Counted from the stretch's first letter, positions 45,585 through 55,531 are shown. The stretch: 64,000 nucleotides of DNA from a virus (IMGVR_UViG_3300022468_000772:86224-150223), one strand, 5' to 3'. Program-made: numbers and translations. The notes: generated from the letters alone by a model not told the origin.

Positions 45585-46382
45585 TTAAACTTCTACAACT
45601 TCAATCGAGAAATATTTTGGTAGTGTCTCATAAATCACATATCCACGTGGGTTGCTAAGAATCCGAGTACCGTGAATGAAGTAATCAACCGGAAAGTGTG
45701 TATGACCATGAATCCAAACACTAGGCCATCCAGCACTGATTACATCTTCCATATCGGTACAGCAATAGAATGGTGTCAAACGTGTAATATTTGACTCCGA
45801 GCGATAATGTGGTGCATGATGTGTAAAAACAACACGATTCTTCATGCCAGTATTGTGATCAGTCAAACGCTCATATAAAAAGTTTTTATGCTCGTAATGC
45901 TTTTCAATACCTTTTACTGGTGTAAATGTACTTTCATCAATTTCCCTGTAATCATTCATTGCATTACCAGAGATAATAGCCATTGGATCAGATTTGTTCA
46001 AATCTGTCCAGAGAGTGGCACCAATTAGATGACAGTCACCTTCCATATGCTCAAGCATTTCTCCAAAGTCGATATTTGTAATACCAGCCTCTCGGAAATA
46101 ATCGTAAACAATATTTTTTGCTTCGAAGAATGAGGAACCGTAATACTCGTGATTCCCAGAAATCCAAAGGACACGTTTGTATTTGGTTGAAACACGATCT
46201 AAGAAATCTCGAATGCTGTGACTCATATATGTGTCGTACATACCGGGTCGAAGAAAACGTATTTCGCCCACATCACCAGCCAGAATCAAAACATCCGCCT
46301 CTGGAAATTCAAAGTCGGTTGGTATGCCTGCAGTTTTATCAATGTCCAAATGCAGGTCTGAACAATAAGCAATTTTAATCAT
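45585..46382 (-). CDS. calcineurin-like metallophosphoesterase (second copy)
   Basis: YCSDLHLD (DxH), LAGDVGE (GDxxE), ISGNHEYY (GNHE), GHTH. Confidence 0.6.
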   Translation of the reverse strand: MIKIAYCSDLHLDIDKTAGIPTDFEFPEADVLILAGDVGEIRFLRPGMYDTYMSHSIRDFLDRVSTKYKRVLWISGNHEYYGSSFFEAKNIVYDYFREAGITNIDFGEMLEHMEGDCHLIGATLWTDLNKSDPMAIISGNAMNDYREIDESTFTPVKGIEKHYEHKNFLYERLTDHNTGMKNRVVFTHHAPHYRSESNITRLTPFYCCTDMEDVISAGWPSVWIHGHTHFPVDYFIHGTRILSNPRGYVIYETLPKYFSIEVVEV

Positions 46383-46385
46383 AAT

Positions 46386-46682
46386 TTACCAACTAATAGG
46401 CATGTAGAGTTTAAACCGGTTACGAAAGTATTCAGTGTATTGAACGATTGACATTTCAAGCCCCTCGTCTACCGAAGGGTCGTTCTCAAAGATAACATGG
46501 GTGCAGTTACCCTCTTTAATAAATACATTACCTTTTTCTTCGTCAATCACCAACGATTTTGGAGAAATCATTTCACCATCAAATGCGATAACCATATTTG
46601 AACCACGATGTTCAGCAGCATTTTTCAGGTCTGTTGCAAGACGAATAGCGTTTTTGACACGTGCAGCATAATATTTTGACAT
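46386..46682 (-). CDS. hypothetical protein
   Basis: 98-aa ORF in the tightly coupled array. Confidence 0.4.
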   Translation of the reverse strand: MSKYYAARVKNAIRLATDLKNAAEHRGSNMVIAFDGEMISPKSLVIDEEKGNVFIKEGNCTHVIFENDPSVDEGLEMSIVQYTEYFRNRFKLYMPISW

Positions 46683-46691
46683 TCGACTTCC

Positions 46692-46973
46692 TTATGGTGC
46701 TGGTTTCAATACAGCTTCATTTTCGATTGCCATATTATAACACGCCAAATGGTACTCACGCAGAAATTTTTCTATATCAATTGAGTTAGAACGCAGAAAA
46801 TCGAATGGTCGAACTTTCAATGCGAAACTGCCGCCATATGATGCTTCGCCATCATCCATATATGCGCCTTTGACACTCTGAATGCAAATGATCCTACGCA
46901 ACTTGCGAATTTCTCTCTGGTAATCTTCTGGTGAATAATATCCATCAGGATCGTTACCGTAGTCAATTTCCAT
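46692..46973 (-). CDS. hypothetical protein
   Basis: 93-aa ORF. Confidence 0.4.
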   Translation of the reverse strand: MEIDYGNDPDGYYSPEDYQREIRKLRRIICIQSVKGAYMDDGEASYGGSFALKVRPFDFLRSNSIDIEKFLREYHLACYNMAIENEAVLKPAP

Positions 46974-46974
46974 T

Positions 46975-47268
46975 TTAACCCTCTCTCACTCGATAAACGA
47001 TTGACTCACGAACAGGCAACTTCTGTTGCAGCTTGCGAATGTGGTGTTCCATTTCTTCAACCAGTTCAGGATAAGTGGTTACACCATAGAAATGACACAA
47101 TTGAGGGTCTGGTTCCGGTGTCATCTTAGTGACAATATCATGCCCTTGAAGTTTATTCACTTCCATCTGTGCAGTGGCTAATACAGTGACACATCCACTG
47201 TCATCCTGTTTCATGACAGTAGTGAATAATTTGCCATCACTGATGGTGGCTCCAATATGTAAACTCAT
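46975..47268 (-). CDS. hypothetical protein
   Basis: 97-aa ORF. Confidence 0.4.
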   Translation of the reverse strand: MSLHIGATISDGKLFTTVMKQDDSGCVTVLATAQMEVNKLQGHDIVTKMTPEPDPQLCHFYGVTTYPELVEEMEHHIRKLQQKLPVRESIVYRVREG

Positions 47269-47312
47269 TTAAACACCTTATCACATTTTGAAATATCATT
47301 GCTGCACCGATG

Positions 47313-47636
47313 TCACAATGTTTGTGTAGGATCGCATTTTGTCTCGCACAATCCAACATTGCATTCTTCGAGAGAATCCAAGAATTGATCCATTTCATCC
47401 CAACCCTGCCATGCGGCAACTGCACCCAATTGCTCTACAACTCCCCAACCCTCTTTGACATTCGAAGACATCCACCTTTGGAGTTTACGGTACCGCAATG
47501 CATCAGTCTCTAGAGTCTCGACAGTCTGCTTGTCAAAGAGTGGTTCCCATGCTTTAGCAAAAGGTCGTTCACCATTTACAGGTATACAAAATTGTTCCGC
47601 AGCAGGAACCCAATAAACTACAGGTTTAATTTTCAT
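47313..47636 (-). CDS. hypothetical protein
   Basis: 107-aa ORF. Confidence 0.4.
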   Translation of the reverse strand: MKIKPVVYWVPAAEQFCIPVNGERPFAKAWEPLFDKQTVETLETDALRYRKLQRWMSSNVKEGWGVVEQLGAVAAWQGWDEMDQFLDSLEECNVGLCETKCDPTQTL

Positions 47637-47962
47637 GCTGATAGACCGTCCTCGTTAACGAGAGCAAGATTCAAATCCAAGTCAGTCACATCGTCTTCGT
47701 CCAGTGGCTCAGGCTTGATAGGCGTCAACCATGTGTCAGGCAGATATGCATAGTCAGATTTACCGTATTGTGTCTCGATAGACTTGGAATCAGATGTCAC
47801 GTGCCACCAGTGATCAGTCGTGTGAGCAACCAATAACTGGTCAATGATAATCTCGCCTTCAATAAAGTAGCCAAGATATTTGCTACAGTTCACCACGCGA
47901 CCAATATTTTCTGGTCGTAGAGCCTTGTTAATAAAGGCCAGATCACCCTGTTTACACCGCAT
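47633..47962 (-). CDS. hypothetical protein
   Basis: 109-aa ORF with ATGA coupling. Confidence 0.4.
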   Translation of the reverse strand: MRCKQGDLAFINKALRPENIGRVVNCSKYLGYFIEGEIIIDQLLVAHTTDHWWHVTSDSKSIETQYGKSDYAYLPDTWLTPIKPEPLDEDDVTDLDLNLALVNEDGLSA

Positions 47963-48227
47963 TTACATCCCCTGTTGTGGAGTAAAGAATAGGCAATCCG
48001 TCTGCAGCATAAATCCCATCTGGATCGTAGGTATGCGTTTTTGCAAGGCGTTGGAAAGCCACAGTATTGTTTTCCAATCCTACTTTTGCCATGACTACCT
48101 GATTCGCAATACCGACATGGCTTGGTTCACGATGGAAATATAGATCACCAGATTCATCAGAGTTAGCAATTTGACTTGCGAAAATCTTGTGAATCAAGGG
48201 AACGTTAAGTGCAGACAGTTGTTTCAT
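47952..48227 (-). CDS. hypothetical protein
   Basis: 91-aa ORF. Confidence 0.4.
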   Translation of the reverse strand: MKQLSALNVPLIHKIFASQIANSDESGDLYFHREPSHVGIANQVVMAKVGLENNTVAFQRLAKTHTYDPDGIYAADGLPILYSTTGDVNAV

Positions 48228-48608
48228 TTATGGTCTTCCGTTATTTTTGGCCCAAGAATAAAAATGTTTGGGGAAATTACATTCTACCACATGTGTGTCA
48301 ATATCTTCACACTTCATGATTTCCAGCGTCTTGCGGTAGTATGTAATTTTGTCGATTTCAACTTTGTATTTTGACAGATAGTTTTCAGCAATATTCAATT
48401 CATCGAAAATTTCATCGAACGGCGAATATTCATATTTGCCAAAGGATTTCCATCCAAACTTCTTGAACAGAATTTTATACCAAAAAGACTTTTCATGCAA
48501 CTCTTGGTTTTTTCGCATGAAAGCATTTGTGTCATCGATGACCTTTTGATGTGCAGCAGCACGATCATTCAAAAAATCAAGATAGTCTTTTAAAAAAACA
48601 TTGTTCAT
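48228..48608 (-). CDS. hypothetical protein
   Basis: 126-aa ORF. Confidence 0.4.
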   Translation of the reverse strand: MNNVFLKDYLDFLNDRAAAHQKVIDDTNAFMRKNQELHEKSFWYKILFKKFGWKSFGKYEYSPFDEIFDELNIAENYLSKYKVEIDKITYYRKTLEIMKCEDIDTHVVECNFPKHFYSWAKNNGRP

Positions 48609-48865
48609 ACTTTTACCTCAAAAGAGATTACAGAATCCTTACGGAAAGAGCGCCATGCACTGTTCTGGTAGTCATAAACAGCCACAATTGCAGGCCCATT
48701 CAGTTTGAAGTCATCCTTACCCTCTTGTGGTACGTCACCAGACTTACGAGAACAGTGCATAGTGCGATTTGTTCCTCGCTTGGTAGAGAATGTCACGTAG
48801 ACATCTTTAAACGATTCTAGAGCGTTTTGGAGGCTTTCGATCAAGGCTTCATTTTTCATTTTCAT
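48605..48865 (-). CDS. hypothetical protein
   Basis: 86-aa ORF. Confidence 0.4.
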   Translation of the reverse strand: MKMKNEALIESLQNALESFKDVYVTFSTKRGTNRTMHCSRKSGDVPQEGKDDFKLNGPAIVAVYDYQNSAWRSFRKDSVISFEVKV

Positions 48866-49202
48866 TTTCCTTTAATTTTCTTTTGAGTGATGCAATTTGG
48901 GCTTTATAGCCACTTATTTCGTATTGCAGATTTCCAACTTCCTTCTGCAATTGACGAATCGTTTCCGGTGACATGTCATAGTCTTCGACCAGCATAACAG
49001 GCTTTTCTGGATTGATAAACAGTTTACCATTGTCCCAATCAAAGCCTGCATTTATGCTGACGACACTAACAATCGGAGTTCCACCTATTGTAGCATGTAA
49101 TTTCTTGACTGGAATGACAACTTCTAAACTATCTCGTTTCCATGAACTGCATATTTCCAGCACACGTTCCAGACGTGTCAAAAAATCAGATGCATTTAGC
49201 AT
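48849..49202 (-). CDS. hypothetical protein
   Basis: 117-aa ORF with a C-terminal coiled coil. Confidence 0.4.
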   Translation of the reverse strand: MLNASDFLTRLERVLEICSSWKRDSLEVVIPVKKLHATIGGTPIVSVVSINAGFDWDNGKLFINPEKPVMLVEDYDMSPETIRQLQKEVGNLQYEISGYKAQIASLKRKLKENENEK

Positions 49203-49543
49203 AGGTATGGCGCGTTTGGATCATCCCAACGCCTGATAGGATGGTCAAATGGTCTATATGGCAGAGGATCAACAGGCACTTTCTTTTTTGGAGGGAATAA
49301 CTTATTGATATCATCAAGAGTCAAACCCTGTTGTTTAGGCGCGGGAGTTTTCGGATCATCCTTTTTGACAGGGTTCAGGATATTCCCGAGAGAAATCCAA
49401 AGATCACGTGCGTCATCCATGGACAGGTTGTGTACAACACCATCCAACTCAATTGTTACTGTAGCTTTTACCGACATATAAGTTCCCCTGTAATATCTTC
49501 TAATATAACTTCGATTGTTTCCATCATTACTTGATTTCATCAA
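49196..49543 (-). CDS. hypothetical protein
   Basis: 115-aa ORF. Confidence 0.4.
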   Translation of the reverse strand: MMKSSNDGNNRSYIRRYYRGTYMSVKATVTIELDGVVHNLSMDDARDLWISLGNILNPVKKDDPKTPAPKQQGLTLDDINKLFPPKKKVPVDPLPYRPFDHPIRRWDDPNAPYLC

Positions 49544-50939
49544 ATGAATTTGCTTCCAGCTTGTCGTGGCGCACCTTCTCGAAACGTGGCAAGAAAAGAG
49601 AGTAAACGGTAGAGTCGCGTTTGAGAATCTTTTCGTTGTAGGTCAATTCCACGATGGAGCCAAGATTGATTTCAGTATCACCTGGATATGCCTCATACGT
49701 CATCCACAAAGACTCACCACTTGGGCTTGTACCTGCAGCAAGACTATATTCAACACACTTATTGAAGATATTGGCAGTGATTTCAGCACGTAGCTTCAGT
49801 GTGAAACCAGACATATTCACGACTACTTTATCATCGCGGGATGTCATTGTCAAAGAGCCAACATAACCTTCAAACTCACCTTGACCATCAATGTATCCAG
49901 TGACTTTCAATTCGCAGGTTTCTTCAGCCTTCATCTTCAAGATTTTCTTGGAACGACGGTCTTCCCACAATACGGAAGAGTCTTTCAGCATTGCACCTTC
50001 CTCACCAGCATCACGGTACTTTTGGTAGATTGCCTGTGCTTCTTCCAGACTGTAAACAACATCATGTTCAATTGGTCGGATCAAAGGTTTGACATTTTCG
50101 TCAGAAACAAAACGTAATAGTTGACTAAAACGTTCTGCCGCATCCAGCATACATTTTTCGCCACCAAAGAAAACTTCTTCATGAATGACATCCCATGACA
50201 CGGCAACCATGCGCAGAGATTCTTCTTTCGACAGCGTACCTTTGATAGCCTTCGAGCAAATGCCGTTACCGGTCTTACGATCTTCAAATTTACCATTAGG
50301 CTTCAGTACCATCAACTCAGCATCAAAAACGCGCCCAACGCATTCTGGTGCGTTTAGGAGTGCATCGAAGCGACCATGCAGATCAAGAATGTTTCCAGCA
50401 CGAGAATAAATCGTAACAGAATCTTCCTGCACGTGGATAGAGATACGCAGACCATCAGACTTGCGTTCAACGATAACACCACGTTTCCAATCTAGCGCAT
50501 CAGCCAGCTTTTGGCTATATGGGGAAGCCAGCAGGTTTGGATGTTCAGGAATCAGTTTGGGCCAAACATCGTTAGCAGAAGAATCAACACCACAACCGGT
50601 TTTCTTCTTCAGAATTCGCTGGAGAACTTCTGCATCATCTGGATGAACAATACTAAGTGTATTAGCGATTACATCACGAGCAGCATGACCAGTGATCTTT
50701 CTGGTAGCAATCAGTTCATCTAATTCTTTCATTGCCAGAAATAAGGGGTACCATTGACCTGTTGTTGCTGTAGATTCAAATACAATCTCTTTCTTTTGGA
50801 AGAAATTGATGCGCGGATGCAAACACAGACGGAAAAAGTCTTTCAGATCAACATTGTCTTTATGCTGAGTCATGATAGCAACCTTTTCCTTCTTAGAACG
50901 TGTTGCATCGATTTGATTTAGGATTTCGAGGATTGTCAT
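49527..50939 (-). CDS. 30: ATP-dependent DNA ligase
   Basis: N-terminus MTILEILNQIDATRSKKEK aligns with T4 gp30 MILKILNEIASIGSTKQKQ; motif I ERKSDGLR (KxDG); 470 aa. Confidence 0.85.
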   Translation of the reverse strand: MTILEILNQIDATRSKKEKVAIMTQHKDNVDLKDFFRLCLHPRINFFQKKEIVFESTATTGQWYPLFLAMKELDELIATRKITGHAARDVIANTLSIVHPDDAEVLQRILKKKTGCGVDSSANDVWPKLIPEHPNLLASPYSQKLADALDWKRGVIVERKSDGLRISIHVQEDSVTIYSRAGNILDLHGRFDALLNAPECVGRVFDAELMVLKPNGKFEDRKTGNGICSKAIKGTLSKEESLRMVAVSWDVIHEEVFFGGEKCMLDAAERFSQLLRFVSDENVKPLIRPIEHDVVYSLEEAQAIYQKYRDAGEEGAMLKDSSVLWEDRRSKKILKMKAEETCELKVTGYIDGQGEFEGYVGSLTMTSRDDKVVVNMSGFTLKLRAEITANIFNKCVEYSLAAGTSPSGESLWMTYEAYPGDTEINLGSIVELTYNEKILKRDSTVYSLFLPRFEKVRHDKLEANSFDEIK

Positions 50940-50952
50940 TGTTTGTTCTTTC

Positions 50953-51336
50953 TCAATATGAAACTTCACCGGCTCGATCAAAGTATTTCTTGCCAGTTTT
51001 CTTTGCATCGATAGTATACACGATTTTCCTGCGCCAGTCGCCTGATTTGATATCTTTTTCAGTCACAAACTGATTCGGTTCCCAATGATGATACTTTTTA
51101 TAGCAACGCTCAATATCAACCATGTCTTCATCGGTCAGTTGCGCGTCTTTGTTGTTTGTGTCTATGCGCTTTTCATAGAGGCATCCCTTTTTCATACCCT
51201 CAAAAGAGTATTTGTAAAGAGGCATAGCAGTAACACCATCAACAGGCATCACATCACCAACAATCCCATTCCAGATAGTGATTTCTGGATTACCTTTGAT
51301 CTTGGAAAGAATCTCGATTAGTTTATTCTTTCTCAT
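50953..51336 (-). CDS. hypothetical protein
   Basis: 127-aa ORF. Confidence 0.4.
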   Translation of the reverse strand: MRKNKLIEILSKIKGNPEITIWNGIVGDVMPVDGVTAMPLYKYSFEGMKKGCLYEKRIDTNNKDAQLTDEDMVDIERCYKKYHHWEPNQFVTEKDIKSGDWRRKIVYTIDAKKTGKKYFDRAGEVSY

Positions 51337-51719
51337 AGATTCTTTTCGATGAAGTCAGCCATTTGGTTGAAGGTGTGTGGGATAAATTGACCACCACCAT
51401 CGTTACGCATCCAAAGATGTGCAACCATATTGTCGAGTCTATCTACACAGATATATTTGTTGTAGATACCAGCCCATTTCAGAACTGCGACTGGCGGCAA
51501 TACTGAAGAACCACCATAATTATAAAAATCTTTTCCCTTTACAGAATCCTTGATCAAATGATTGTTTGGATTCTCTTGAGCATGGATATTGCACAGGACA
51601 CCGAGACAACAGAAGTTGTTATTCCTATCGCGCAAGTGGCCTCTACCTTGTTTGTAGTCACCAGAGCGCAGTGCTTTGACCCAAAGGTCTTTGACTTTTT
51701 TATTCATACGTTTTGGCAT
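51333..51719 (-). CDS. hypothetical protein
   Basis: 128-aa ORF containing a CCLGVLC motif. Confidence 0.4.
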   Translation of the reverse strand: MPKRMNKKVKDLWVKALRSGDYKQGRGHLRDRNNNFCCLGVLCNIHAQENPNNHLIKDSVKGKDFYNYGGSSVLPPVAVLKWAGIYNKYICVDRLDNMVAHLWMRNDGGGQFIPHTFNQMADFIEKNL

Positions 51720-51730
51720 GTTGTTTTTCT

Positions 51731-52384
51731 TTATTGTGTTGCTTGCCAGCGACGGAAGTTTTCTTCGGCCTTCTTATTGTACTCGACAAAAGCGCCAGTG
51801 TATAGATTTTCCCATGTTTGGAAACTAACTTTGATACCCTCTTCTACACTCCAGATGTCGGCAAACATTGTTTCATCGACAGCAGGTGTGTACACAAATG
51901 TGGTGCAATAAAAATCTCGTCCATCACCACCAACCACAATCTCGCTGAAGATGGGTACGAACAATTCAGAACGCAGGTTCAGACCAGTTTCTTCAGCAGT
52001 CTCACGCACGATGGCTTGATGGATAGTCTCACCAGCGTCTTGTTTACCGCCCGGCAGCGCAAGAATATCCGTGTTTCGGCGTGTTGTTGTCAACACCTTA
52101 CCGGATGTGCTATGAATGATCACGGCTGCAGAGTTAGCGAGTGTACGCTTACTTGTATCTACATAAGTTTGTTGAGGGATAGCCGGTGTCTCAGATTTAG
52201 CCAAGACAAAGTAGACTTCAATATTGTCTTCGCGCTGAAAATCTGCGCATGCGATACCTTCACAAAAGTTTTTTCTTTCACCAGTAGTATCAAAATGACA
52301 GATACTACATGGATTTGGTGTGCTTCCAACGACAATTGGGATTACTTTAACTCCACCCCAAGTTTCAACAGCTAAATTTTTCAT
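51731..52384 (-). CDS. Nudix hydrolase with N-terminal Cys cluster
   Basis: Nudix box GGKQDAGETIHQAIVRETAEETGL (Gx5Ex7REUxEExGU); N-terminal CSICH...CEGIAC. Confidence 0.75.
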   Translation of the reverse strand: MKNLAVETWGGVKVIPIVVGSTPNPCSICHFDTTGERKNFCEGIACADFQREDNIEVYFVLAKSETPAIPQQTYVDTSKRTLANSAAVIIHSTSGKVLTTTRRNTDILALPGGKQDAGETIHQAIVRETAEETGLNLRSELFVPIFSEIVVGGDGRDFYCTTFVYTPAVDETMFADIWSVEEGIKVSFQTWENLYTGAFVEYNKKAEENFRRWQATQ

Positions 52385-52398
52385 ATTTCTCTCCAAAA

Positions 52399-52424
52399 GA
52401 AAAGGCACCGGTTAGGATGCCTTT
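52399..52424 (-). promoter_or_regulatory. hairpin plus U-tract in the Nudix 5' leader, after the TAXI gene stop
   Basis: Minus strand: -10-like TGTGATATAAT, then AAAGGCATCCTAACCGGTGCCTTT + TCTTTT, then RBS GGAGAG and the ATG. Confidence 0.3.
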
Positions 52425-52442
52425 ATTATATCACAATTTTGA

Positions 52443-53357
52443 TTACTTCTTAGCTGCTACTGTAGGCAACTGGTACATGGGCCACTTGGCTTCTGCACCC
52501 ACAACCACTTTTGTCCATGCAGCATGAGTACCAGTGGTTTCTGCCAATTCAGGAGCCTTCGCATTGAAACATGCACGGAACTTGGACAGAGCTTCAACCA
52601 TCTTGGGTGTCTTGTACTCTCGTACCACCAGAATGGCATCTGTAGACACAGTGGTGATGCCGGTAGAACCCATGTTGGTGTAGTTCAGAGTCGAAGGCTT
52701 GTATACATTCTTCAACTTAGCAATCATTGGTTCAGGAATACTCAACAGCTTATGTGCCTTGTTCAGGGTCTTCAAGTTATCCATGGGTTGACCACCAACA
52801 AACAAGGCAGCGGCAGCAGTTCCAGCATTCACAGCTTCAATTGCAGCTTTGGCATCAGCAACTTCCACCACGTTGAAATTGATTTCTGTCTGAAGACGAA
52901 TTACTTGGGCAGTGATATAAGAACCACCAGACGCCACGACAGTTCGCCCTGCAAGGTCATTGATGGTATTAAAGACCACTTGTTTACCGCCAAACCCCAT
53001 AACACCGCCTTCTTTTCCTGCACCTGCTGCAAGTGCAACTAGATGCACCTGTTCAGGATGCAGGGTCACCAAGGTCTTGATGTTGCTCAAGTCTTCAGTG
53101 TTTCCACGGAACTTGATCACATCGGTTTGCACGAATGCGCCTTGAACTTCATTTCCAGTCAGACGATCCATATTCTGCATAGAACCGGAAGAGTTCAATT
53201 CCTGCAGTTGAATGTCGTTGGCACATACATTGCCGATTTCCTTAGCCATGCGGGAGTATGTCGCACCGGCACCACCAGTGGATACCTTGAAGGTATTTTG
53301 AGCCAGCACCGAGAATGCAGCAGCACCGAGAATGATAGCGAGAATGAATTTTTTCAT
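52443..53357 (-). CDS. secreted periplasmic solute-binding protein, TAXI (TRAP-associated) family-like
   Basis: Signal peptide MKKFILAIILGAAAFSVLAQ; FKVSTGGAGATYSRMAKEIGNV resembles the TAXI N-terminal TGGTGGxYY motif; 304 aa, typical SBP size. Confidence 0.45.
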   Translation of the reverse strand: MKKFILAIILGAAAFSVLAQNTFKVSTGGAGATYSRMAKEIGNVCANDIQLQELNSSGSMQNMDRLTGNEVQGAFVQTDVIKFRGNTEDLSNIKTLVTLHPEQVHLVALAAGAGKEGGVMGFGGKQVVFNTINDLAGRTVVASGGSYITAQVIRLQTEINFNVVEVADAKAAIEAVNAGTAAAALFVGGQPMDNLKTLNKAHKLLSIPEPMIAKLKNVYKPSTLNYTNMGSTGITTVSTDAILVVREYKTPKMVEALSKFRACFNAKAPELAETTGTHAAWTKVVVGAEAKWPMYQLPTVAAKK

Positions 53358-53389
53358 GATGTTAATTTCCTTTTCAGTTTCAGATTGAT

Positions 53390-53533
53390 TTAGAGAGACA
53401 GTGCTTTCAATGCTGCGTCATTGTTAGCGGGAGCCACAGAAGGTACGCTTGGCGACGAGTCTTTCTCGAAGACAACTGCCAAGCCGCAGACCACAAGAAT
53501 AACCAAAATAGAACCAATGATTCGAGCTTTCAT
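53390..53533 (-). CDS. small secreted or lipo-peptide (47 aa)
   Basis: MKARIIGSILVILVVCGLAVVFEKD...; sits between a promoter copy and the TAXI gene. Confidence 0.3.
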   Translation of the reverse strand: MKARIIGSILVILVVCGLAVVFEKDSSPSVPSVAPANNDAALKALSL

Positions 53534-53541
53534 TTCAATTT

Positions 53542-53576
53542 CCTTTTGTTGTTTAGAAGACCAGATTATATCACCG
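53542..53576 (-). promoter_or_regulatory. early promoter plus leader motif (degenerate copy)
   Basis: rc: CGGTGATATAATCTGGTCTTCTAAACAACAAAAGG. Confidence 0.4.
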
Positions 53577-53855
53577 TTTGGTGGTAACTTTTGTCTCGGA
53601 GCGAATATTGTTGAAAATAAATGCCAAGATCAAGTACACAACAAATGCTTCCCAGAATGTGATTTCTCGGCTAAAGCCAAAGATACCAACTACCACAATA
53701 CTCCATGCATGCATAGTCAGCCAAGCCATGACGGATGCAATAGCAGCCGCAATCGCCAGAACTATGCTAAACGCGCCGATGTAGACAGCCGCTAAAGCAC
53801 CCAGATTCCCCCACTTCCAAGAGTTGTTTTTCCAGTATTTTTTGAACTTTTCCAT
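53571..53855 (-). CDS. membrane protein (2-3 TM)
   Basis: Hydrophobic stretches LGALAAVYIGAFSIVLAIAAAIASVMAWL and IVVVGIFGF. Confidence 0.45.
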   Translation of the reverse strand: MEKFKKYWKNNSWKWGNLGALAAVYIGAFSIVLAIAAAIASVMAWLTMHAWSIVVVGIFGFSREITFWEAFVVYLILAFIFNNIRSETKVTTKR

Positions 53856-53856
53856 T

Positions 53857-54588
53857 TTAAGCCTTCACTTTCGTTTGTACATCCAAGGTGGTGCCCATAA
53901 AGGTAGGGCTAGGGTCATTTTCGATTTGCTCAATTGTAATTGCATCTGCAACTTCCATTTCAGCACATGCACTCGCAAGGGATTCATAGATTGCGTCATA
54001 TGAAGTATCTGCTTTCAGCTTTTCATATACATCACCGACATCACCTGCCGCTGCATCTGCAGCATGAAACGCTTGAGCAACATCCCAATATGCCTTCATT
54101 TCTTCCAGTGTTTCTTCTGCCTTCACAATTCTATCACTCATATTGTCAAGAGCAACTTTTTTCTTTTCGACTTTTTTCGCCAATAGTTCTTTCTTTTGAG
54201 CAAACTCGGCAGCACGTGCAGGATATCGCTTCACTAGCCCATCAAACTTTCTAAATGCTGTATCCCTTGCAGCAACAGCATTCACGGTTCCTTCCTTGGC
54301 ACCTTCAAATGCTTTCTTTGAATCAATGATCAGATTGGTCAGTGTTTCAATCGGATTTGCTTTGGCTTCAGCAACGATGGATTTGATCTTCCAGTTTGCC
54401 AGCTTCATAGAAACCCATGGAGCAGCGTTAACAGCTACCAGACCGATTACAGCAGCAGCAATCAAGCCCACCATACCAGTGACGACTGTGAAGATGATTG
54501 GAGCCACTACAAAGGCTGCGATTGCGATCAAACCAACTTTGAAGATGGTGTTGTATTTTGCGCGTTTTTGTTCGACAATGTTTGACAT
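53857..54588 (-). CDS. membrane-anchored coiled-coil protein
   Basis: Two N-terminal TM helices, then a long Ala/Lys/Glu-rich helical cytoplasmic domain. Confidence 0.45.
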   Translation of the reverse strand: MSNIVEQKRAKYNTIFKVGLIAIAAFVVAPIIFTVVTGMVGLIAAAVIGLVAVNAAPWVSMKLANWKIKSIVAEAKANPIETLTNLIIDSKKAFEGAKEGTVNAVAARDTAFRKFDGLVKRYPARAAEFAQKKELLAKKVEKKKVALDNMSDRIVKAEETLEEMKAYWDVAQAFHAADAAAGDVGDVYEKLKADTSYDAIYESLASACAEMEVADAITIEQIENDPSPTFMGTTLDVQTKVKA

Positions 54589-54589
54589 T

Positions 54590-54997
54590 TTATTTCCTTA
54601 AAGATTTAGGGGTTGGTGGATTGAATTTCAGGTTGAATTCTGTGGCGATATATTGAAGACCTTCTGCCCATTCAATGGTAAGAAATTTACGGTATTTTGT
54701 TGCACTGATTTTAACAGCATTGCCATCATGTAATCGCTGAAGATTGCGAAGGAAAGTTTCTACTTCTGCAGTAACTTCGATTCCGCTTTTCTCCAGTGCA
54801 GCATGGACATCAATGTCAGTTGAAAGTTTTTGTTCCAAACCATCATAATAAAATTCATCTTTGATAAGACATCCAACAGCACACATTGTACCATTAGGGC
54901 CACGATAAAGACAAACTTTACCTTCTTTGGATTGCTTATTCTGAGTCAACAGGTGTGTAGTAACCTTGTCAAAAATTTCTTGGATTGTCAATGACAT
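54590..54997 (-). CDS. hypothetical protein
   Basis: 135-aa ORF. Confidence 0.4.
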   Translation of the reverse strand: MSLTIQEIFDKVTTHLLTQNKQSKEGKVCLYRGPNGTMCAVGCLIKDEFYYDGLEQKLSTDIDVHAALEKSGIEVTAEVETFLRNLQRLHDGNAVKISATKYRKFLTIEWAEGLQYIATEFNLKFNPPTPKSLRK

Positions 54998-55104
54998 TTT
55001 CTATTCCTTACCAATTTTGATGATGCGATAACGCTTACCCCAGATGTTCAAATAAAGACCTGCCCATCTGAACATTTTTGGTGATTGCCAAACGAATGGA
55101 TTCT

Positions 55105-55353
55105 TCATACTCGAACCCACTTCGGATAAATCTCACCGGCTTCAATTATACCACGGTATTCTGGTATTAGTTGTCCTACAGGGCAATAATCAAAATCTTT
55201 ATGAATGGCTACATATTCGATCTTGCCAGTGGCAAAGTTTTCCTGTGCCCGTAGAACAAACATACCATGGAATAGGTTTGACCCCTCACCCTCATGCAAA
55301 GTTCGCACGAAATCTTGAGGCAGTTCAAACCGACCAAATTTACGCATCGTCAT
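55105..55353 (-). CDS. hypothetical protein
   Basis: Start chosen at an internal M to limit overlap with the upstream gene. Confidence 0.35.
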   Translation of the reverse strand: MTMRKFGRFELPQDFVRTLHEGEGSNLFHGMFVLRAQENFATGKIEYVAIHKDFDYCPVGQLIPEYRGIIEAGEIYPKWVRV

Positions 55354-55531
55354 ATTTTTGCTCTTTTTTATTTTTTCGATTGTCATCAACAATCATGGTA
55401 TTACCAATTATCTTTATTGGGGCTTCCATGGCAAGTTCCATAGCAGCCTGTACCATTAGGTATTGGTTTGGTTTAGCTTGTAATGGCATATCAACAATTT
55501 TCAAACTATCAGGTGTTGCGATCAGTTTCAT
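55340..55531 (-). CDS. hypothetical protein (64 aa)
   Basis: MKLIATPDSL...; RBS GGAG; downstream of a promoter copy. Confidence 0.35.
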   Translation of the reverse strand: MKLIATPDSLKIVDMPLQAKPNQYLMVQAAMELAMEAPIKIIGNTMIVDDNRKNKKEQKYDDA

